DNA of 64,000 bases from assembly GCA_951406725.2 (NCBI GenBank), contig OX597818.1:29822001-29886000 (forward strand). Direction: 5' to 3'. Position 1 is the first letter of the stretch. Every line of letters starts with the position of its first letter. Shown here in pieces: positions 12,626 through 24,300 of this stretch. The position numbers were made by a program, and so were the translations under genes. Under the pieces are notes generated by a model that saw only the letters and a program-made list of their open reading frames with translations, made no database searches and was not told where the DNA came from. The DNA comes from Octopus vulgaris (lineage: Eukaryota).

Positions 12626-13464
12626 TGTGGTCCTAAAAGCATACCATCAATGTCTATGCCCCAACATCCAATCTGTACCTGATTCTACAACTCATTTTTA
12701 TAACATCCATCCCTCCATCATTCTTCAAAGTGTGGCACTATTTCCTCAGTTGTTGTTATTATATGAGAGCAAAACTGCAAATATTCCACTCCTCTTTTTG
12801 TGTTGCCAGTTATCCCTTGCCCTGGAACCAGTTCATATTCCTTCTTCACATTCCTAACATCATCTCTTTCAACTTTAGTTCCATTGAATGCCCTTTTCTC
12901 CTGGACACTGTCTCATATCTGCTTTCTTTGTCACTATATCCACACTTACTCATCTCTGACCTCCACCTCAGTCACTGTGCATATCTCCTCCACACTTCAC
13001 ATCATCTCCCTATTTCACGTTTATCTATAGTTTTATTTACTGTTGCTCTCCAACCCGCTCTTTTTTATGTATGACCACTTATTTCCTTTACCCTGACCTT
13101 ACTTCTATTTCTACCCTTTCTCCTTTTCCTGCTGGGGTAGCCACATGCCTCCTGTAATAAGACAACTGTTCTTGTTCCTGTATTGTACTTTAACCTCTCA
13201 ACACCTGGCACAAAGTCACCTTCCTCAATACTGCACTCCCACTCTGTCAAGGGGCTCTTGTCTTGCAAGTTACTTCATAACTTCATGGTGAAAGCACCAT
13301 GAAAAAAGTACTCAGTACAATCTGTAAAGCAGCTGGTATTACTGTCGAAACCTTGTCAAAGCAGACATTAGAACCTGCTGCAACCTTCTAGCTTGTCAGA
13401 TTGTTCAGCCAATGCTACCATGGAAGACAGATGTTAAATGATGACGATGATGATGATACATACA

Positions 13465-14120
13465 TATGAGGTGCATTCAAAAAGTATCTGACTTTATTTT
13501 TTCTCACCAAAATCTAATGCCATGAGGGCAAAATCCTTTAGATGGGAGGTGATGTCACCCTTCCTGTGCATGCATTAACATTTTTGCACAGGTAGGCTGC
13601 ATTAGTACCTGACTGTTTGCCAAGAGTACAGACATGTAGTGCACATTTATCAGATTTTCATATTCACCAAATGCATCGAGTAGAGATATTGCATTAAGTT
13701 TTGCCAAAAGCTTGGTGATACTGAAATTCAAACCATCCAGAAGATTCAGCAGACTTTTGGCCATGATGCCATGAGTAAAACTCAGATCATGGAGTGGTAC
13801 AATCACTTCATACATGGCTCCACAAGCCAAAATGAGTTGCTGGTTGAGGTTTGGCAAATAGTCATGAAAGATCATTATGTAACAATCCGGGAAATTGCTC
13901 ATGAAGTAGGAATAAGCACAGGATCAGTGCATTCCATTTTAACAAAAGATTTGTGCATGCAAAGAGTGTTGGTGAAATTCTTCCCCAAGGTGCTGGTGGA
14001 GCAGCAGAAGCAACTCCATATGGAAATCATTCAGGACCTGCTGGACTGTGCAAAAGATTTTACCCACGTGGCATTAGTTTTGAAAGGGAAAAGTAAAGTC
14101 AGATACTTTTTGAATGCACC
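13465..14120 (+). mobile_element. Internally deleted mariner transposon
   Basis: TIR pair GGTGCATTCAAAAAGTATCTGACTTTA / TAAAGTCAGATACTTTTTGAATGCACC. Transposase HTH remnant MSKTQIMEWYNHF..TIREIAHEVGISTGSVHSILTKDLCM.RV.VKF.PK.L. Confidence 0.85.
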
Positions 14121-14129
14121 GCCTCCGCC

Positions 14130-15200
14130 TCATCATCGATTAACGTCTGCTTTCCATGCTGGCATAGGTTGGATGGTTTGACTGAGGTCTGGAGAGCCAG
14201 CGGCTGCACCAGGATCCAGTTTGGTCTGGCAGAGTTTCTACAGCTGGATGCCCTTCCTATCGCCAACCACTCTGAGAGTGTAGTGGGTGCTTTTTACGTG
14301 CCACCAGCACAGGAGCCAGTCAGGCAGGCCTGGCAACGATCACATTTGGATGGTGCTTTTTACATGTCACTGGTACAGGAGCCAGTCAATGGGTACTGGC
14401 ATCAGTCACGATCAGTTGGTGCTTTTTACATGCCACCGGCACAGGAGCCAATCAGGGGACCTGGCATCGACCATGTTCGGATTCTACTTATTATGTGCCA
14501 TTGGCATGGGAGCCAGTCAGGGAGCACTGGCTCCAGCTACAGTATTGGTTTTACTTGAATCAACAGGTCTTCTCAAGCATATCATATCGCCTGACACATC
14601 AGAAGTATTCTTAACAGGGCTGGATGTGCATGGTGGCAATCTCACTTTAGTTGCCGGGTCTTCTCAGTCACAGTGTATCTCCAAAGGTCCCGGTCTCCTG
14701 TCATTGCCTCGGTGAGGCCCAATGTTCGAAGGTCATGCTTTGCCACCTCATCCTATGTCTTCCTCAGTTACCTCTTCCACAGGTTCCTTCTACAGTTAGG
14801 GGGTGGCATTTCCTCACACAGCTATCTTCATGCATACGTAACACATAACCATACCAGTACAGTTGCCTCTTTTGCACACCACATTTGATGCTTCTTATAC
14901 CCAACTTTTCTCTCAGGGTGCTTACACTCTGTCATGTATACACACTGATATTACACATCCAGTGGATCATACTAGCTTCGTTTCTTTAAAGCCTACGCAT
15001 GTCCTCAGCATTCATAGCCCATGTTTCACTGCCGTGTAGCATGGCAGTTCGCACACATGCATCATACAGTCTACCTTTCACCCTGAGTGAAAGGAAAGGC
15101 CCTTAGTTGCCAGCAGAGGTAGGAGCTCCATGAACTTTGCCCAGGCTATTCTTACTCTAGTCACTACACTCTCAGAGCAACCACCCCCACTACAGACTTG
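14130..15200 (-). mobile_element. RTE-clade LINE 3' fragment with internal 3'-UTR repeats
   Basis: (CAT)n-TTAACGTC tail, repeated GGTGCTTTTTAC.TG(C)CAC units and a decayed RT C-terminus. Homologous to 54315-55300. Confidence 0.8.
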
Positions 15201-16119
15201 GTAGTAGAAGCTATTAACTGTTTTCTCTACATCTTCAGTGTTTATTGCACCAATGCATCTGCCATGTTGTTTTGTGTATTGTTTGTGGGAGAATTTGATT
15301 TGGCAGATGCTCTTCCTAGTGTTAATCTCTCAGAATTGCTTGGATATACCACAATAACTCTGGGATTGAACTTTGGTCATAAGGTCAGTGGTCCAGTATT
15401 TTCACCTTAGTCATTGTACCTAAAATTAAAATGATATTTAAAGTATGTTATGTTTAACCCAATGAAAACACAAGTTGAGAAATTAGTTTTAAAAATGCTA
15501 TACCATGTTGTAAATAGTATTATGAAGTTAAGAATGATAAATTTTCTTTAGGTGAAAGTAACTTTAAAAGAAATTATATCTTTACTGTAAGTTATGTATT
15601 GTGAATTCTACCACCACCACTACACCAAACTTAACAGTACCCTACTCATTGAAGCTTAAATTCTAACCCCCCCCCCCCATCTCAAATAGTTCCTCAGCAA
15701 TCTCTAAATTTTTTCACTGTGGACATTTATAACTATGTAAAAGCTTCAATCTAGGATGTTTCCATTGCTCTGGCTAAAACACCTCTATCTTCTCTAAAAT
15801 AATTTGCTGTATTATATTAGTTTTAACAGTTACTTACAGCTTTTTAAATGCATCACTTAATTAAAAGTTTTCAGTTGTGGTTTTTCTGTTTACTCCACTT
15901 GGCTTATTCTGATCCAGTATACATGAAATTGTGATATTTACTTTTCTTGTTTAAAATTAACAACTTTCTGCATCTTCTTCTGTTAATTTCTTTCTTTCTC
16001 TCTTGTTCCCCTTCTAAATGTGAGTAGCCACGCATATCCTCTTCGGTAATTCCATATAATTCTTTCATTTGCATCATTGATGATGTGGATCGTAATGTTG
16101 ATTTTGTTCACAAGGTTCT

Positions 16120-18685
16120 GCAGGAGACAACAGATCACATAAAGGCTGAATCCTTCAATTGAAGTCATTCATCATTTTTCAGATGTTTGTGCTGCTTGGA
16201 ATTGCAAGCATTTCCTCAATCTTTGTCATCACCTCACAGATTTCTCAATCAGCTGTGTGTGGAACTTTCTTGCCACCAGCCATGGTAAGTCACACTGTAA
16301 TGAAATAAGAGGGACTGTGAAAAGATTGACAGCAAGAACCACCCTGCAGTGACCAACTGCTTCTCAAATTCTGTCTGCAAAACAGATGTTTGAATTCTAT
16401 GAAAGTTCAATTCAAGGAATCACGCAATGAACTCCACCTGAAAGAACTAGCTGAAAGATTCGCTTTAACAAAACTATTCCAAGCAGCAGAAGTTATCACC
16501 AGTTTACTCCAACTTTAGACCACACAATCAAGATAAAATGGGTGTCAGAGTGTATTGCTTCTGACTTTGACTGCAAACTTAATACAGGTGGTATCAAACT
16601 CTCTCAATACCTTCTCTGCAGATATGATGACTGACACTGGGTTGGCATTGCTATCCAGATATATTGGGAAGCAAATAATGTGAAAGTGAAATTCATGCAT
16701 CCACACCTTCCAAATCATTCATTCAGCTGGCTGACAAGAGATGATTTATGAGGGGTACCACTGACACATGGTTGCCAGAATTGAGCCACCTCAATTGTCT
16801 CATCACTGTCTGCTCGACAATATCATCTGACAAAAAAAAAAAATGACACTGATCAAGGATATACTTTCCATGTGAATGTTTGGCATTTCGTTGTTTGTAA
16901 AAGAATTGTTGAGCCTTGTTTGAATTGAGGTATTTTTGATTTTGAATCGAGATATGGGAGCACAATTTTTTCATTCCTCAAGTTTGACACACTGTTTTTC
17001 TGCCCATATTCTAGAAAGCAAGAGGCTGGCTCATGACTCACATGAAGGCACACTTTGATGAAATTTTTGACAAAAAGGACACATTTCTGTCAAAATTTCC
17101 CCCCAAAACCAGATTTTGTTTTTCAAAGGAAATTTTCCTAATTCCTTTGCTGCTATATTGTTATCCTAAATTTTAAAATTTGTTCTTTTTCAACTTGGTA
17201 AACACACACTTTTGCTGACGAATGTGCATCCTTTTTGGAGTTTGATTTTCATAGCTTGATTTGGATGTATGTTGACTTTTTGGAGAAATAATTCTATCCA
17301 TTGTGTGCAGTTCATACTCATGATGAGTGTTTGAGAATACAGTGCACTTCAGAACTTTGTTCAATAGATCATGGAAACTGGCAAGTTTCGAATTTCCATT
17401 GATTGTACATAGTTTCAAGATCTAGTGCTTGCCACAAGATGCTTTCATACTGCCTGAAAGTGAGTGTTGTTGCAATACTAGGCTCAAGATTTCAGACCAA
17501 CTTTCAGGGCACTGAATTGAAATTGCTAAGCGATAAGTTATTGAATCAAACAAATCCCCTAGTTTTCTTTCTTCATGACTTTGTTTCACAAACTGGTCTG
17601 AAAATTTGTCTGATATATATGACTGAAATTTATCTATTGCTGTTTCAAAACAAAAACAATCTCCATATTTGGTACAGTTTTCTCTTGGCAGCCATTTTGC
17701 TGAAGGTGGCCAGACCAAAATATGACAAATTCAAGCTCTTTTCAATGTTGTGCCAGCATGTTTTAGAAAATATTGGCTGCTCAGAAGTGATGATAATATT
17801 TCTGGAAGAACAACACCATACAAAGCAGAATGTTTGAAAAAGATGGCTTGCAAAATTTACTGATACAAAGAACATGACAATGTGTGCAGAGTTTCATTGT
17901 GATATAAACATTCTCAGAACTTGTGAAAATTTGGTGTGGACTGGAGGGTACAAAGTCTCTCAGTCACAGTAGGATTGATATGACTCAGAAATGTTATATA
18001 CAAATGATATTAAGTCTGAAAATGATATCTGTTGCATTATTACCGCTTGGATTGTGATTTGCCATCAATGCTGGATGCATTGATTGTTTTTAACTGACTG
18101 GTCAAACACAATTTTTTGCTTTTGAGAAAAATTAAAAAGTTATGCTTCTGAGATAAATGATAATAACTTTTGATGTCCTGAGAATACCATTGAGATTTTT
18201 CACACACAAGTAAAAGATTATGTCCAGTTTATGTGCAAAAAGTTTTGAAGCTGTAGGGTTTGGACACTTCTGGGAATTTGGCTTTGATTATACAGCAGTG
18301 TTAGGGGTAAATTTTTAAGTATTTTCATTTTGATTCAAGAAAACAAGTACTTTACCATGAGAAATACACTCTTTTCTCTTCAAATTCAGATTCAGCCCCC
18401 CCCCCCCCCAATGGTCAGTTACAAATTTTCAGAAAAATAGTCCATGTGGATTGAAAGTTATTACATTATTTGTTGCAGCATTGAGATTCAAGATGGGTGC
18501 CGTAGACCGAAAAGCGGGTGATTTGAGCCAAATTTCAAATTGGCATAACTTTTGAACTGTTGGGGTCTGAAAGTTTGCACTTTTTCTGTTCTTATTGATA
18601 GGAACAACTGGTCAAAATTTTGTGAAAATCTGACATGTAGGGTTTTGAAATCCCATTTTTTGTCTTTAGTTACATGGAATCACTC
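16120..18685 (+). mobile_element. Decayed Sola2-like DNA transposon (3' part)
   Basis: About 16160-16340 translates to HFSDVCAA..CKHFLNLCHH..DF..VWNFLATSHGKSHC..IRGTVKR, the SDG..QYKN / FF.TSHGK..DG motif. The end CATGGAATCACTC at 18685 fits GAG...CTC termini. Confidence 0.6.
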
Positions 18686-19310
18686 TCTTCTCATAGTTCA
18701 ATCCCCTCATACCCTAGTATGAAGTCAACTATCCACTCCCAGAGTTTGTAGTTCTGTGAGCTGCCTGGTGGCCTCAATAGTGCTGGTGATATGAAGAGGA
18801 GCATTCAGTCCATGCTGTAAAGTAGAAAGGGCATCTCAACATAGAAGCAATGCCAAAATAGACTGCCATGATGCATTCCTTGGACACATTGGATCCTCTC
18901 AAACAATCATACTCATGCCATCATGGAACAGGGATGTTAAATGATGATAATGATTTTGCATGTAAGTTTTATAATCGCTCTTAAGTATTACTAAATTTTC
19001 TGTTAAAATTTTCCTTTTACTGTGTTTTAGATCAGTAAACTGACTGAACATTTGCCAAACCTGTACTGTACATTTTTTGTGTCTTAAGTTATCATGAACA
19101 CCACTTTTCTTCTAGATTATGTAATGAAACATTCTCAAATTGATTCCCTAGGCAATACTCTGATATTTTCCACAAAGAAGATCAAAACATTAACAGTCTT
19201 TAACTTTTGTAATTGAAAATTTTGTATTTCACACATGTACAAAAAAAAATAAAACAAAACAAAATAATAATAATAATAATAATAATAATAGTAATAATAA
19301 TAATAATAAT

Positions 19311-19527
19311 CCTTTCTACTGGAAGCGCAAGGCCTCAAATTTTTGGGGAAAGAATTAAGTCGATTACATTGACCCCCAGTATGTAGCTAGTATTAATTTT
19401 ATCAACCTTGATAGGATGAAAGGTAAAGTCGACCTCAGTGGAATTCGAACACAAAACCTAATGGTAGACGGAATACCACTAAGCATTTCACTTGGCATGC
19501 TAACAATTCTGCCAGCTCACTGCCTTT
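19311..19527 (-). mobile_element. tRNA-derived SINE (octopus-type family A) flanked by (TAA)n
   Basis: Minus-strand head AAGGCAGTGAGCTGGCAGAA, B-box GTTCGAATTCC and central GACTTT.CCTTTCATCC. Many homologous copies in the window. Confidence 0.85.
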
Positions 19528-19934
19528 AATAATAATAATAACAATAAAAGGAACAAACTTAAATAAATTTTCAAAGCCAAGACAAATTAAATATAACCTG
19601 TTCAAAAAAGGAGTCGGAAGGAGTTGAAATTCTTACTTTTTAATAACTTATTTAACTCGTATGTACATTTCATAAACCGTTTCCGTTCTATCCACAACTC
19701 AGCACATTTGCATGCATATAGCTATCCTAATTCTGTGTATAACCTAATTATCCACTTGATGGCAATAAAATAAAATTTAAACCATTATTACTTTTCACCC
19801 CCGTACCTTTTAAAAACAATTTTTTTGTTTATCTTTTAGAAATGTATAATGTTTGTACTTTGGTTTAGTTCCACATCCAAACCATTTCACAATTTCACCC
19901 CATTGATCGAAATATATATCCTCTTAATGGTATA

Positions 19935-20337
19935 CTCTTTTACTCTTTTACTTGTTTCAGTCATTTGACTGCAGCCATGCTGGAGCACTGCCTTTAGTCA
20001 TGCAAATCGACCCCAGGACTTATTCTTTGTAAGCCTAGTACTTATTCTATCGGTCTCTTTTGCCGAACTGCTAAGTTACAGGGACGTAAACACACCAGCA
20101 TTGGTTGTCAAGCGATGCTGGGGAGACAAACACAGACACACAAACACACACACATATATATATACATATATATGATAGGCTTCTTTCAGTTTCCGTCTAC
20201 CAAATCCACTCACAAGGCTTTGGTTGGCCTGAGGCTACACTAGAAGACACTTGCCCAAGGTGTCACACAGTGGGACTGAACCCGGAACCATGTGGTTGGT
20301 AAGCAAGCTACTTACCACACAGCCACTCCTGCGCCTA
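19935..20337 (-). mobile_element. tRNA-derived SINE (family B)
   Basis: Head AGGCGCAGGAGTGGCTGTGTGGTAAG...GGTTCAGTCCC and 3' end GACTGAAACAAGTAAAAGAG. Partial copies at about 36440-36720, 41489-41700 and 44640-44800. Confidence 0.85.
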
Positions 20338-20560
20338 TATGAACAAAAGAATTTTCTTTAGACTAAAGTTTCCTCTCAAATTACCATGCCATCTTATTCA
20401 AAGAACATTTTGTGTATATTACCCAAAAGCAAATTAGTTCTTGCTTTAAACATTATTTGTGCTACTTTAAGTTCTACAGAATCTTTGAACTTCAAGGTGT
20501 GTCACTTTAAAACCTCTTAAACCTGTGAGAACACTTTAGCAGGCATCATTTTCTTTGACT

Positions 20561-20660
20561 NNNNNNNNNNNNNNNNNNNNNNNNNNNNNNNNNNNNNNNN
20601 NNNNNNNNNNNNNNNNNNNNNNNNNNNNNNNNNNNNNNNNNNNNNNNNNNNNNNNNNNNN
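20561..20660. other. Assembly gap (100 N, true size unknown)
   Basis: Run of N. Confidence 1.
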
Positions 20661-20711
20661 TAAACACATATTTGGCACGTTTCTTTGAATTTGCAGCTAT
20701 AGTCAGTAAAT

Positions 20712-20754
<43 letters not shown>

Positions 20755-20755
<1 letters not shown>

Positions 20756-21626
20756 CTATATATATAAAACTGTAGTTGTGTGAGTGTCTGTCCCCATCGA
20801 TTTAGATTCCTAACTACTCCCACATTTTGCGGTGCAGTTTAACCAAATTCGGGTATCTTATAGTCGTGATTCATATCGAGCCCGTCTGAGTATTAGCGCG
20901 CGTCTACGATGAGTCTACGATTTTAAAAATAATTTAACATCATTTTTTATTCCATTTTAATGCATATTTTTTCGTGTGTCGATGGTGGCGGAGTTGGCAT
21001 CCATGCTCACAGCTGCACCTGTGTTGCTTCTCCCCCTTCTTCCCTCCCTCGTGAAGCTGTGGGGAAGGGAGTGTAAGGAAATCAACGTCGTAATGCGTTG
21101 TCAAGGAGACCAGCGTTCTTTTAGAACAACGACTTCATGGCTTGAAGTCGGCTAAAAAAGCTGAAACAGATCCACAAAAACGGTAATTACCGCCACACAG
21201 GGCAGGTTTCCTGTGCAAACAATTTGCACAACCGAATGTTTTAGTTGTTGCACAAATCTTTATATATAAAAGTAAGGTTATGTGTCTGTCTCCTACAATT
21301 TAGATTCCTAACTACTCCCACATTTTGCGGTGCAGTGATTCATATCGAGCCCTTCTGGGTATTAGCGCGCGTCTACGATGAGTCTACGATTTAAAAAAAA
21401 ATTTACCATCATTTTTTATTCCATTTTAATGCATTTTTCGCTATTATATAAGGGAAGTAACTCTCTAAAAATGTCTACGATGAGTCAACGATTTAAAAAA
21501 AAAATTACCATCATTTTTTATTCCATTTTTAATGCATTTTTTGCTATTTTTTTGCTATAACTCACTAAAAATGCTTATATAGTTATTTCCCTTACAAACC
21601 CAAACAACGCCGGGCGATACTGCTAG
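20755..21626 (+). mobile_element. Non-autonomous Helitron with a duplicated 5' end
   Basis: Inserted as A|TC...CTAG|T. A subterminal CCC...CGGG hairpin remnant lies before CTAG. A second TCTTTATATATAAAA 5' end at 21257 is followed by a repeat of the 20800-20960 sequence. Confidence 0.8.
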
Positions 21627-21702
21627 TATAATATATAATTTTATATATTTCATTTAACAAAAGTAAATAGAAATTATTTTTCCTTTTTCTTCTTGATTGC
21701 AG

Positions 21703-21807
21703 CCAACTTCTAATCAGAACCTCCCTCTTCATTCATTTATAACTCCTGAGTCATCACCTAAATCCAGCAATGTTGAAGAAGAAAACCAAGAAATGATGAT
21801 ATCCTAG
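21703..21807 (+). CDS. ILRUN: Probable last coding exon of ILRUN (PTSNQNLPLHSFITPESSPKSSNVEEENQEMMIS*)
   Basis: Strong polypyrimidine tract plus TTGCAG acceptor, then 35 open codons to TAG in unique sequence. Assignment to ILRUN is positional only. Confidence 0.5.
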   Translation, partial: PTSNQNLPLHSFITPESSPKSSNVEEENQEMMIS

Positions 21808-21999
21808 CAGTACTACATAGCTATCAGTTGAAATAACTGGTGGTATCTAAAAACTGGAGTGAACTTAATCTAATGACTAACAATGGTACTAGAATCCTGT
21901 TTACCATTGTTCTACCCACTATTGACTTACTAACACCTCCATCAATGAAGATTCTAATGATATGATGATATGATGATCTCCCATTGTTTTCTCTCTCAC

Positions 22000-22053
22000 A
22001 CACATGCATATGTATATATAATGTGCGTGTATATATAATGTATATATAATGTA

Positions 22054-22136
<83 letters not shown>

Positions 22137-22164
22137 ATATATTTATATATACATGTATATATAA

Positions 22165-22196
<32 letters not shown>

Positions 22197-22837
22197 AAAC
22201 GGACGCTAAATGATGATGATGATGATGATGATATATATACACACACACACACACATATATACATATATATATATATCATATGTGTGGGTAGGTGGATGTG
22301 TATGTGTATATATTTATATATATCATGTGTGGGTGGGTGTGTATGTGTATATATATTTATATATATATAGCGTGTATATGTATATATTATTATATATATG
22401 TGTGTATACGTAATATATATATATATACCTGTGTGTATGTGTACATATGTTTGCGTCTTACTGAGTGTATACATATGTATATATATATATATATATATAT
22501 ATGTACATATATATGTGTATATATGTATGTGAGTGCATATATATGTAATGTATGTATTTATCTAATTCTAAGTATATATGTATATAATATATTTATGTAT
22601 ATATTGATGTATATACGTATATTGATGTATATATCGGTTTGTATGCCACATATATAAGCATCATCATCATTATTGTCATTTAACGTCCACTTTCCATGCT
22701 GTCCAACCCATGCCAGCATGGAAAGCGGACGTTAAATGACGACGATGATGAAGATGATGATGCTTATATATATGTCATATAAATCACCATATGAGTTATA
22801 TATATATGTGTATATATATATATATATATGCACATAC

Positions 22838-22886
<49 letters not shown>

Positions 22887-22897
22887 CATATATATAC

Positions 22898-22948
<51 letters not shown>

Positions 22949-22949
22949 C

Positions 22950-23028
<79 letters not shown>

Positions 23029-24200
23029 CACATATATACATATGTGCATACATGTATACGCATGATTATGTGTCTATATGTATGTGTGTGTATGTGAGAT
23101 TATAAGTGTAGATTATGTTTGAATAGGGATGTAGATTATGAGAAGAGTATGTATAAGTATATGCATGTATTTATGCATTTAGATGTGTGTCTGTCTGTAT
23201 GCATAAATGTGTGTGTATATATATATATATATACATACACGCACACATGTATATACATATATATGTAAACAATTATACATACCTACTTACAGACCTACAT
23301 ATGTAGATACATACATATGTTCATGCATAACTTATTGAATATCGTTTGAATCTAAAAATGGATGACATGTTGATAAACATCTATCCATTGTAAGTTTCTG
23401 TGGATTTCTGTCTTTTTGTATATTGTACATACACATGCACATTTATATATATAAACCTGGTATATTTGCAAGTGGCACCACTGCCACTCTAGTACATAGA
23501 CTGCTGTGACGTTAGTTGGAATTTCACTCTTCCTGAAAGCTGTTTGATGATTTGCATGATGATTGAAATGATATGATAGTGTACACGCTTGAATAAACGT
23601 ATACCCTTCCATGTATATATATATATATATAATTATACACATGCACACACACACACATATACGCAAACCTTTATATATATATGTATGTTTAAGTATGTAT
23701 GTGAACACATACGTTGAGAGCATACATATACATATCTCTGTACTTGAAAATGGCTGTAAAACAACTGAAAGAATTGAAATTTGAATAGAAATGAACTTTG
23801 TCTTCTCCTCATGCAACATTTAAGTTGGTGGCTGAATTGCCAGAACAGCTGTTGAGATGAACACAGCACTACACATTACGCACACACGCGCATACATATA
23901 TATATATATATATACATGCATGCATACATAGTTTTATATGTGTATATATATGTATATGTGTGTGTGTATATACATGTATGTGTATATATATATATATGTA
24001 CTTATGTGTTTGTGTATATAGTTGTGTGTGTATATATATATATATATACATGTTTATGTGTGTGTATATACATATATATATGTACTTATGTGTGTGTGTA
24101 TATATTTATGTGTATGTATATATGTATACATATGTGTATATATATGTATATATGTGTGTTTATATATATGTACATGTGTGTATGCATATGGATATATGTT

Positions 24201-24266
<66 letters not shown>

Positions 24267-24300
24267 TTATATATATATATACAGACACACACATATATAC
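22000..24300. repeat. About 2.3 kb compound (TA)n/(TG)n/(CA)n microsatellite region
   Basis: Direct inspection. It is the source of the many spurious YI/CV ORFs. Confidence 0.95.

Noticed and set aside
17173-17875. Overlapping ORFs of 76-144 aa
   Set aside because: They lie in the non-coding part of the decayed Sola2-like element and show no recognisable domain or splice structure.
20255-20337. tRNA-like sequence with A/B boxes (also at other SINE heads)
   Set aside because: It continues directly into a multicopy SINE body and has no complete cloverleaf.
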